A DNA stretch of 64,000 nucleotides, taken from positions 13,394,001 through 13,458,000 of the forward strand of contig OZ076409.1 of assembly GCA_964187785.1 (NCBI GenBank), read 5' to 3'. The position numbers and the translations under genes were made by a program. The notes under the pieces were generated by a model. That model was not told the origin of the DNA and ran no database searches. It saw only the letters and a list, made by a program, of their open reading frames with translations. The DNA is from Amphiscolops sp. MND2022 (lineage: Eukaryota). Positions 26,185 to 35,214 of this stretch are shown in pieces; the first letter of the stretch is position 1; each line of letters opens with the position of its first letter.

Positions 26185-26578
26185 CAGACTGAATCGGGCG
26201 AGTTGCCAGGAAGATACAAGGGTTTCTACCTTCGTCATCAGTGACCTTCTTCATCCGACAGTTAGCAGCCACTGCCCTGTCCTTATCGTTGATGAATCGA
26301 GCCATTCCTGAATTCTTTTCGTCAGAAGTGTCAATGAATACCGCTTGTTTTCCTTCTCGCAGTTCCATCACATAGTCGAAGTTTGACGTTTTTGTTGTAC
26401 TTCTCGGTCCCCAGTAAGTGAGTAAAAACTCTTTGTCGTCAAAACTTCTGTTAGCAAAAAGCCCTCGCCCCGTGGCCCCGTTTGCAAACTGTACAGTTTT
26501 CACTTGGAAGCCTTCTAGGTCTGAGTAAAGAAAAGAGCTCCAGGGCTCTGCTTTCCGGGCAGCCCTTCTTGTTGACAT
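26185..26578 (-). CDS. SET-domain exon (SETD8/KMT5A-like lysine methyltransferase fold)
   Basis: GRGLFA (motif I), EFLLTYWG, FIDTS...GMARFIND...NCRMK, FLATRPIQSG; spliced to G*ELRNDYG...WR in the next exon (starts 25771). Confidence 0.85.
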
Positions 26579-26943
26579 TCAAGTCCTAGAAAGTTACGTT
26601 TAATAAAGTCCTGACAGACAAGAAATTGTTTCTAACCCCATCTCACTAGTGAACTCGATGTACATTTGTAAGCTTACAAAACATTGAATTAAAAAACTAC
26701 TCCGAAGAAATGCTTCAATTACGAAAGACCATTAGTATACTGATACTTCCAGATTCTGTAAGGTAGCGACAAATGATTTAGGCAAAAACAAAGTTACACG
26801 TAGCCTACAAGTCGGAAGAATAATTGAGCAAATTCAGAGTTGAAGCTGAATTTTTTGCCTCAACTGTTCTCTTGAATTCTCAAATCCCCAACATTTGTAC
26901 ATTTATCATATGAAACTTTCGATTCTTTCCTATACCTTGTATA

Positions 26944-27343
26944 CAGAGGTATGACAGCGATAGCGACAATTCAGCATGAACTAGCGATAGCGATAGTTAG
27001 CGACAAATTAAAGCGTTAGCGAACTTTTTTTTTACTAGAAATTCAGAATTAACTAATGCAATAAGTTTTTGCGAATAACTTGACACATCATTTTGGCTTT
27101 TTCCTTTCCAACAGTTATTCAATGAGCCCGGCTTTGTAGACGAAGTACAATTTGCCCAAAGCTTCAATATTTTTTAATTTTAAAGTACATTTCTGAAATT
27201 TTAATATGAACATTCTGAAAATCAGATTTTCAAATAAGCGATAGCTTTAGCGAACCACCCATTTTGTTGTAGCGATAGCGATGAAATCAAATCATTAGCA
27301 ATGTTAGCAATTTGCGATAAAATTGTTAGCGATCACACCTCTG
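26944..27343. mobile_element. hAT-type MITE, 400 bp, nested between the SET and JmjC genes
   Basis: TIR cagaggtatga/tcacacctctg (10/11), 8-bp TSD cttgtata (26936-26943, 27344-27351), subterminal tagcga repeats. Confidence 0.85.
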
Positions 27344-27532
27344 CTTGTATAGTATTTACTACGTAAGTAAAAAACTAAGCAAGAGTGCTCAGTAAGTAAA
27401 AAACACATGACACTAAATAAAGAAAGCAAACTGTTTGCATGATCATCAGTCAATAAAGAGCCGAAGATCAAGTTTTGGAACTGAAATTGAAGACTTCCTC
27501 AAGCTGCACTATCTGGACTCTGTTGTTTCTCC

Positions 27533-29463
27533 TCAACGTTGTAGCCACTCCTCAATTACATTCCAACGCAAGTCGCTGATGGTTGCTGCATAGCGATACA
27601 AGAACTCTGTCCAGGGATTGTCCAGCGGAAATTCTTTACCAGTTGGTCGCTCATCAGCTTTATTGATCTGCAGCATCTCACGCATAGCGGCTTTCGTGAT
27701 AGGACTCGCGCGGTTTTTATTAGCCCATTCCATGTAGAGCTGCATCACTATCAAACCTGGGAAGTTTTGGAACAAGAAACGTCTGGCCAAACCTGCGTCT
27801 AGCTCCTTCTTGAAGGCTAGGGCACTCTGGTGGAGGTGGGTTTCCATAATGAAGTTACACGCATAAGCAAACAAAGTGAATCCACTGGCTTGGTAAGAAG
27901 ATAGCGTCTCCTTCTTGTACCACTATAGGATAGCATGTGACATCTCGATGGAAACCGAAGAAATGGAGCTGAAAACAACAATAATCAAAGTTGAGAGAAC
28001 TAACTTCTACTTTAAACGTCGGAAGTTTTCTAAGAAGTTTCAGCCCCTTGAAAGTATCTTGTAACTCGTGAAAAGCAAACCCTTTTTTGGAAATAACTTC
28101 AGTCATAACCTTCAGCTTTTAACAGTTGATGACAACAATCACATAACCAATTACAACTTAACAATAAGGAAAAAGATCGCAATTTTTAATTTAAACTGAA
28201 TTAAAAATTGAGTTTTCCTTTTTACAAACCTTTTCCATTCACTCTCTCGCCATTCGTCAAAACGCTGTTGGACTTTCTGGGTTGGCTCTACGATGAAAAA
28301 TTCTTTCCTTCCCTTCAACAAAAAGTAAAAAACAGAAGTTCCGGTGAAATCCTGATGCCAATCCGTCTGTGATTCCTGTTCAGTCATCAAGAGGTAATTG
28401 CTGATGCCAGCAGTCAAACTCTTCTCGGATTGAGGGATCCATTCTTGAGGTGTAAGTATAACCCAGAGAATAATCTTTTATCAAGTTTGGAATCGAAAAT
28501 GTGTGTTTCATTGTCCTCTGATGCGGACCAATGTCAAGGTCGATGATGTTCATTGGATGAAGATCTTGCTCGCGGAATGGGTCTTCATGATGCTCCAAAA
28601 ACTTGCCAAGGTCATATTGTTCTCCTCTTCCTGGAGTGCTGAAAAACACACATTTACTTTCCTGCTGCAAGGGATTCCCTCAATTATTTTACGGAAGGTA
28701 CCATGTATGGCACTAGGAACAACAAGACCAGGAAGTTTGCCCCTAGCTTGTCTCAAAACTACAGGACATGGTGTACTTCTCGTCATTCAGTTCTTGAAAT
28801 CCTGGCGGTTGTTGACAGTGAAACTTTGGGTGACTGGTACTTTCCCTCGAATTAAATCCAAAACCTTTTTTGAACCAATTTTGGAACGATTGTGTGAACC
28901 CCATTTGAAGGAATCTAAATACGGCAGTTCAATTTCCGGTATCTTTTGTTTTTCTTCAACAGCAGTCTCTTCTTCAAGAGCAATCTCTTCCCCGGGAGCA
29001 GTCTCTTCTTCAGGAGCAGTCTCTTCTTCAGGTGCAGTCTCTTCAGGAGCAGTCTCTTCTTCGCGAGCAGTCTCTTCTTCACGAGCAGTCTCTTCTTCAC
29101 GAGCAGTCTCTCTTTCTCTAGGAGGGGTTACTAATTCGGGAGGAAACACTTCACCAGAAGCAATTACTTCTTCAAAAGTAACTGTTTCACCGAAAAGTTC
29201 TCCTAGGGGAGGAATAGACTGTTGCCTCTCGAGGCTAACTCTGGGTGTCCTGTCGAGAGAAGTTGTTGCAGCTTCGGATTCGGGAGAAGGTACATCATCT
29301 CTGGTTACATCAACAGGAGCATCTACTGGAGTTGTAATACGCGATGTGGTTCTAGCTTGCAGACGTCTACATTGTTGATTTTCTTGTTTATGACGGAGTA
29401 AATTCCAATGTCTCGTTAATACTTTTCCACAAACATTGCATTCGAATGAACCCTTCTGACGTT
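27533..29463 (-). pseudogene. Zinc finger + acidic repeat + JmjC histone demethylase (KDM2/KDM7, JHDM1/PHF8-like), disrupted
   Basis: FECNVCGKVLTRHWNLLRHKQENQQC finger; NYLLMTEQESQTDWHQDFTGTSVFYFLLKGRKEFFIVEPT (HxD); QEGDAIFLPSQWIH (distal His); FAYACNF. In-frame stop 28787-28789, frameshifts, intron ~28225-27969. Confidence 0.82.
28960..29110 (-). repeat. 15-18-bp coding minisatellite (EEETAP/EEETAR)
   Basis: Repeated gcagtctcttcttc units on the + strand. Confidence 0.85.
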
Positions 29464-29699
29464 CTGAAGCAACAGTTTAAGTTGATACGTTAAGGATTTG
29501 AACCACAGTGAAAGTCGGTTATATGGGTAATCAATGAATACCAATAACACTTTTTGTTCTGATGATCAATTTCAATACATATCTTTTCCAGGAAACTTCT
29601 TCACTTGTTTAAGCAAAGCAGACTAAGTGGGACATAGACCCTTGTTTTTATTAGGCCTTGGTGGGACATAAAAGTTGAGAGCCGCTATTAAACCTTTCA

Positions 29700-30267
29700 C
29701 GCCAATATAAATGCACAGCGGAAAATACAGTAGCTCGACGCTTCCTCCTTGTTGATAATATTTTTGCAAATGGGCCCACTTCGACACTGCTGGACGTGAT
29801 ATTTGAGTTATGAATATCCCTTGGCGCGAGTGGAGTTCTTTGTGCCTCGTTTTTCATTTTGGACTCGATTTTGATCTTTTGGATTTCATCTGGATTTTTG
29901 GGATGAGTGTGGGGTTGATTTTCGAAAAAAATTCCATTTTCAACAGCGCCTGAGCCACAACAACCTTTTTTGTAAGAATGGCATCGCAAGTTGATTTTGC
30001 CTTTATACTCGTTGTTTTTGGTGTAAATGTAGCCATTCGCACAATAGATGAAAGAACCCTTGCGGCTACCTTCAATTTTTTCGAATTCCATTTTGACCTG
30101 AAGTACTCGAAAAAACTATTGAAATTTGAATACGTCCATTTTCGAACCGGGAATAGTATCTAAATTTTTAGATATTATTCCCGAAAAATGATTTCAGCCA
30201 TGTCAGTTTTAGATATTATTCCCGAAATCTTTTTAGATATTATTCCTTGGATATTATTCCGCTCCCC
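29700..30267 (-). mobile_element. 5' fragment of a Mutator-like (MULE) transposon with FLYWCH-type finger
   Basis: ORF 29651-30091 (GYIYTKN...LRC...C.G....HTH) without a DDE domain; terminus ggggagcggaataatatcc on the minus strand at 30267 with tandem gatattattcc repeats (~30170-30260). Confidence 0.6.
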
Positions 30268-30940
30268 TAAAGAAAGCGTTGCATGCAGATATTAAATAAG
30301 TTTTGACCACTTTAAAATTTTTTGATTTCAAAATAATTTTGACAGAAAAATTCTTCCGATCTTATCCTAATACGTGTATTTTCGAAAAGCCTAGTTTTAC
30401 AGCTCATTTTATTTGAAGTTTTAGAATTATTTGTGAATCAAAAGCATATCAGGGGCTTCAGTGAAATCAGGGGTCGATTGAACATAAAATAATTCAAAAA
30501 GTGCAAGTCAGTCTTCAGTGAAGAGGCGCTCTACAAAATTAGAATGCAAAACATTTCGTCTAAAGATTTATTCAACAATTAAAATGTATTTCATTTGTTT
30601 GAGTCGAAAATTATATCTGTTCAAAAATATATTTTTGAAAATATTTATTTTTTACAACCCTGCAGAGACCCCACATTTTACTAGGCCTTGGTGGGACATA
30701 AAATGTATTTTCATGTACTTCTTTATTGGATTTATTATATGGTTATCATTTGTAAGTGTTTTTTCCTCGTATTGAATGATTTTGTACTCATGTTTTTTAT
30801 TTCAAACACTTTATCAGGATCTTTTCTGTTTACCAAAGCCAACCCCCCTCACAGTACGAGCGAAAATTGTAATTTCCCCAGCATCAACGATGAGTTTTAT
30901 TTAGGTGCAGTTAGAGCTATAAATATTATTTTTATTACAA

Positions 30941-30941
30941 A

Positions 30942-31019
<78 letters not shown>

Positions 31020-31020
31020 T
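30941..31020. repeat. (ATT)n microsatellite
   Basis: About 25 att units. Confidence 0.97.
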
Positions 31021-31228
31021 TCAATGATAATTTCACTTGACCTTTTAACTGGGGGTATTAAATTGGTGGGTAACCAGGGGTTGGTAATATTGTATTGCAA
31101 TGCAATACAAGCCTACCAATAACTAATTTTTGTGCTTGAGAAAAAATAAAATATTTTTATTTCTTCGATCTCGAAATAAGAATTTTTTATTTATTTTTTG
31201 ACAATAATTTTTCCAATATTTATTCATT

Positions 31229-31428
31229 NNNNNNNNNNNNNNNNNNNNNNNNNNNNNNNNNNNNNNNNNNNNNNNNNNNNNNNNNNNNNNNNNNNNNNNN
31301 NNNNNNNNNNNNNNNNNNNNNNNNNNNNNNNNNNNNNNNNNNNNNNNNNNNNNNNNNNNNNNNNNNNNNNNNNNNNNNNNNNNNNNNNNNNNNNNNNNNN
31401 NNNNNNNNNNNNNNNNNNNNNNNNNNNN
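31229..31428. other. Assembly gap (200 N)
   Basis: Run of n; round length suggests a placeholder size. Confidence 0.99.
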
Positions 31429-31577
31429 ATTTTGTCAACATAGTTAGCCCTGTCCATGACAACGACGCGTCGTTGTCATGGACAGGGCTAACTATGTTGA
31501 CAAAATGATGAAGATCCTAGACGATGTACGAAATTTCGCGTGATTGACGCTGACAACCAACCAGAGGACGCAAGCCC

Positions 31578-33149
31578 TTGGTCTCCCACCCGCTCCTTCA
31601 GAAAGAGCAGATCTTGACCGCGTACTTACGTCGATGGAAAAGAGAAGTTGCTAACGATGTCGTAACGAGATTCGTCCCCATGGTTCCAGATTGGCACACA
31701 TGTACGGTCTGCAAAGCTGCACAAACAAGGAGTCCCCTGAGACCTGTTCTGAGTGCTACTGGCACTTACAATTTCAAGCTGGCGAAGTGGTTGAATTCGA
31801 TCTTACAACCGCTCATCCCTGCGAAACACACAGTTGACAGTGCTTTTGATTTCGTGGATATGCTGGATGACGTCCCAAGTGCAGAAACTATGGTTTCGTT
31901 TGACGTGGTCTCACTTTTCACGAACGTTCCAGTCGGCGAGACGATTCAAGTCATTTTGGATGCTGTTTTTGACACCTCTGGAGAGTCTAGTTTCCTCGAA
32001 GACCAGGGTATTCGTCTCCAGAGACGCGACTTGCAGCTGCTGTTGGAAAAGGCCACTGTTAACATGCTCTTCACTTTTGACGGAGTTTTGTATGAGCAAA
32101 TAGACGGGGTTTCAATGGGTTCTCCTCTCGGACCGCTCTTTGCGAATTTTTATCTTGGTTTCCTGGAAATCAGCGTGTTCGCCGAGAACCATAATTTCTT
32201 CCCTGTGTTCTATGTCAGATATGTGGATGACACATTTCTACTATTCTCAGACCCAACCCACGTTCAACTGTTTCTGGAACGTTTGAACAGATTTCATCCA
32301 GCCATTCAGTTTACGTGCGAGTTTTCTGTCGATAGTTCTATTCCGTTCATTGGTGTCACTGTTGTCATGTCAAAAACGGGTTTTTCAACGTCCGTTTACC
32401 ACAAAAGTTGCGACAAAGGCGTATTTTTACATTCCCAGTCGTTTTGTGACGAGAAATACAAGCGGAACCTCATGCCGATGCTTTGTCACCGAGCGTTCGC
32501 CTTGTCATCGTCCTGGACAGGTTTCCACGAAGAGATCGAGAGATCAGTGAAGTGCCTGACACAACTGGGTTATGATGAATGTGTCCTTGGAAGCCAGGTT
32601 CGTCACTTTCTGACGCGTCGTCTGGGTCCGGAATCGTCAACTCAGAAAGAGAAATCCAAGTTGGTCCCGTTGGTGTTGCCCTACAAAGGTGAAAGTGCGA
32701 AGAAGCGCCTTATTTCGTCCTTTTCAGCCCTTTGCAGGCGTGTCAACACTGAATGTCCTGGTCTGGTTTTTACATCGACGAGTGTTGGGTCTCTGGTTAG
32801 GCTTCCTGAAGCCAAGCCGAAAGTCGTAAACAGCGGCGGTGTCACCTACATGTTCAAGTGTCCGCAGACGGGTTGTGAATCCCGCTACGTAGGTGTCACA
32901 AGGCGTCATTTGTTCCAGAGAGTCCGAGAACACCTTGCCGAGCGTAAAGATGGCTCATCGTCAGTGATTTTTGATCATCTGATGTTTCACGATGTAAGAC
33001 CAACTTTTGAGACTCATCTTGAGTGTTTCAGCATCCTCAAGAAGTCGTCCAGTTGGAGGTCTCTGCTCTTCACCGAGGCATATCACATAAAACACCAAAA
33101 ATGTGATCTTAACACTCAGACGGACTCTATTCCTCTGCGTGTATTTTAA
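31578..33149 (+). CDS. Penelope-like reverse transcriptase / GIY-YIG endonuclease (frameshifted before ~31740)
   Basis: PLRPVLS, MVSFDVVSLFTNVP, GVSMGSPLGP, RYVDD, GVTY...C...C...YVGVTRRHL...R..EH, terminal LN.Q. Confidence 0.93.
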   Translation: MVSHPLLQKEQILTAYLRRWKREVANDVVTRFVPMVPDWHTCTVCKAAQTRSPLRPVLSATGTYNFKLAKWLNSILQPLIPAKHTVDSAFDFVDMLDDVPSAETMVSFDVVSLFTNVPVGETIQVILDAVFDTSGESSFLEDQGIRLQRRDLQLLLEKATVNMLFTFDGVLYEQIDGVSMGSPLGPLFANFYLGFLEISVFAENHNFFPVFYVRYVDDTFLLFSDPTHVQLFLERLNRFHPAIQFTCEFSVDSSIPFIGVTVVMSKTGFSTSVYHKSCDKGVFLHSQSFCDEKYKRNLMPMLCHRAFALSSSWTGFHEEIERSVKCLTQLGYDECVLGSQVRHFLTRRLGPESSTQKEKSKLVPLVLPYKGESAKKRLISSFSALCRRVNTECPGLVFTSTSVGSLVRLPEAKPKVVNSGGVTYMFKCPQTGCESRYVGVTRRHLFQRVREHLAERKDGSSSVIFDHLMFHDVRPTFETHLECFSILKKSSSWRSLLFTEAYHIKHQKCDLNTQTDSIPLRVF

Positions 33150-33224
33150 ATTGATGTTCTTTGTTTCTGCTTTTTTTGATGATGCACTGATGAAATTTGT
33201 TTAATTTTTGCTATTTTTCAGATT

Positions 33225-33262
33225 TTCTTGATAATGTCAACAGAAGTTGACGAAACGTCGAA
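33225..33262 (+). ncRNA. Minimal type-I hammerhead ribozyme (U3-A8 variant), predicted cleavage after C33259
   Basis: ttc TTGATAA t GTCAAC agaa GTTGAC GAAA CG TC gaa. Confidence 0.75.
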
Positions 33263-33549
33263 TTTATGAAGTTTTTATTCTGCCACTCTTTTCTCATAAA
33301 GTTCATTACAAAAAGCAGGTTAATGCACTTTTGTCCTTATTTTTTTCGAAAAGTTGTTTCTGAAACATTGTCTTGGATTATCATTCGTTGTCGACTGCTC
33401 TCGTTTCTACAGAGCCATGCTACAAACTATCAACAAGATGAAAGGGCAATTCATGTCCTGATCTGCAAAAACGTAGATTCTTCAAACGGTAAAAAAATAT
33501 TTGCTCCTGAATATCTTGTGACAATATTTCTGCACCGGTCGTCTTTTAG

Positions 33550-33811
33550 CCTGCCGGGACTTTTTCGTCCTTGAAGGGGCTAATGGGGGGAGGGGGAGGA
33601 GCGGGAGGAAGCAGCAGTAAATCCAATTCCAACCCCAGCGACCCCTTTTCCCATGACGAAATCTTCAAGTGGATCCACCGGTACATCAATGTTGAGAGCT
33701 GTGAATGCAGACCCGACTCCTCGTTTCAACAGGCAAACAAGAGTGCAGAAGAGGCCCAACAGTGCAGGAAAACATCTCTGAGGGTGGAAAACATTGCCAA
33801 ATCACTCACAG
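33550..33811 (+). CDS. Host gene exon (PAGTFSSLKGLMGGGGG...IAKSLT)
   Basis: ttttag| acceptor in phase 0 (compatible with the donor at 7349); G|gttctt donor, phase 1. Confidence 0.65.
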
Positions 33812-33936
33812 GTTCTTTTATTTCTCATTTAACCCTAAGTGGACGAGGAAATTTCCGAAACCATCTAAAAATCTGGTGCTTAAACTTTAAATCGCAATAT
33901 TTTCTGAACTATTCGAGTCCGACAAACGAATTATAG

Positions 33937-34061
33937 CGCGTTCAAAGAAGACAATCAGGGCTTTCAATTTGATTTTTGAACTGCTGGGCTGGGGACCGAG
34001 CTCACTGGCTCCGGACTTGGCGCCAAAATCTTGCATGCCTCGTGTCTTTGATTGCAATTCA
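33937..34061 (+). CDS. Host gene exon (ARSKKTIRAFNLIFELLGWG...DCNS)
   Basis: ttatag| acceptor phase 1; open frame; donor gtatat is weak, so the 3' boundary is uncertain. Confidence 0.55.
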
Positions 34062-34154
34062 GTATATTTTAAAGCATGCAAGGGCACTGCGACCCAACCT
34101 TGATACCAGTGGGATAAAGTGACCACAAATGAAAAATCGAAAATCTGCACTCAG

Positions 34155-34452
34155 TTTTTTTTGCACATGACGAAGTCAATGTGCATTGCAGTCCAGCTAA
34201 GAAAGTTTTTTTTTCCACAATCGCCAACTTCATAATAAGCGCCTTTTAGAGAAAAGCCAAAACCCCATAGAGATTCGAACCTGCAGCCTCCCGATTGCGC
34301 GGCATAAGTGTTAACCACTGTGCCATAAGGACGTTATTGAATAAAGTTGAACTGTTGAATATATACGCATGCGATTAAAATAATATATATACGCATATTA
34401 AAATAATCGTTGTCTTCGTCATGTGTTGCGAAGCACCGCTTCGCCTCTGTGT
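34155..34452 (+). mobile_element. Helentron-like non-autonomous element, family C, with internal tRNA-derived segment
   Basis: Sub-TIR cacatgacgaag/cttcgtcatgtg, 3' hairpin gcgaagcaccgcttcgc; minus-strand A box tggcacagtgg and B box ggttcgaatc; second copy 35215-35512. Confidence 0.65.
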
Positions 34453-34526
34453 CAATTTTCTGGTCCCTTTTTTCAATTTTGGAGTCATCATCAAGTCAAT
34501 TTTGACTTTACATCAAGTCAATTATA

Positions 34527-35046
34527 GCGGACTGCAGTGAACCAGCAACAGCATTCTCATTGGCTAGAGATTGTTCTTGTTTGTAAAAATTACTTTAAGT
34601 TTGAAATACTTTAAATTAAAGAGTAAGAAAACCCGACTAACATTTCTGGTAGTTGTAGCGATTGTGTTAGTAAACTGGGGCGAAGAATAAACTGCAAGTT
34701 GACAACTGGCACGGGTCAGACAGGCGGCGACAGGTTAGTAATTTATAATTAAACAAGCCCCGGAGGGTTTAAGTTTGGGTTTATTTTCGAGGGAAATTTG
34801 GGGAAGAGACGTGTTCGTTTTAATAAATAAGAAGAAGCTTGAGGATATAAAATTGTAAGTTTATATTAAAATGAATTAATTTGTATCAGAAATGTACTAC
34901 TTAGAAGAAAAATTGTTTTTGTTATGGGACACTGGACTTGTTTGTCAAGTGGTTCTAATTCTTCAGAACAGTTCTATTTTGCTGGCTGTTGTGTGGCTGT
35001 TATCTCTAGCCAATGAGAATGCTGTTGCTGGTTCACCGCAGTCTGG
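34527..35046. mobile_element. MITE with ~41-44-bp TIRs, TA-flanked
   Basis: gactgcagtgaaccagcaacagcattctcattggctagaga (34530-34570) vs its reverse complement at 35003-35043 (1 mismatch); tata on both sides. Confidence 0.8.
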
Positions 35047-35214
35047 TATACAATAATTCATGGAAATTTGTGCAATGCTATGTAATATTGTCTAAAAATC
35101 TTATTCAAGAGTTTTCTTTTCCATACGTTCAGCTAGTAGTAAGTTTGCAGAAACTAGTTGGTACGAAATGGTCCCATCGTTCCTTTTAGGGCTAAAGTCT
35201 TTCAGAAGTTTTCC

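Larger units (their letters stand above)
20344..26578 (-). pseudogene. Spliced SET domain - repetitive linker - Cys/His region - tyrosine recombinase - C-terminal Trp-rich helical domain gene, disrupted
   Basis: Phase-compatible GT-AG introns 26184-25772, 24427-24084 and 22547-22163 join the ORF pieces. Premature stops at 25767-25769, 25253-25255, 23913-23915, 23361-23363 and 20503-20505 plus frameshifts. Junction between the YR exon and last exon not resolved. Confidence 0.7.
19230..30700 (-). mobile_element. Candidate large tyrosine-recombinase (Crypton-like) element with SET and JmjC cargo; decayed, boundaries approximate
   Basis: Gypsy sequence stops abruptly at ~19225; block contains YR, SET and JmjC coding remnants on one strand; the GGTGGGAC motif recurs from 19237 to 30697. 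Confidence 0.6.
31468..33303 (+). mobile_element. 5'-truncated Penelope-like retroelement (RT + GIY-YIG) with inverted 5' duplication
   Basis: Begins VVVMDRANYVDK; ORF to 33149; 3' UTR with hammerhead; 31429-31506 is a perfect palindrome. Confidence 0.95.

Noticed and set aside
28503..29378. 291-aa + strand ORF
   Set aside because: Antisense shadow of the zinc-finger/JmjC coding sequence and its minisatellite.
30688..31122. Poly-isoleucine ORFs
   Set aside because: Translation of the (ATT)n microsatellite.
31198..31462. ORFs containing X runs
   Set aside because: They span the N gap.
33187..33193. Canonical CTGATGA hammerhead core
   Set aside because: No stem II/GAAA arrangement follows it; the foldable motif is the TTGATAA variant at 33228.
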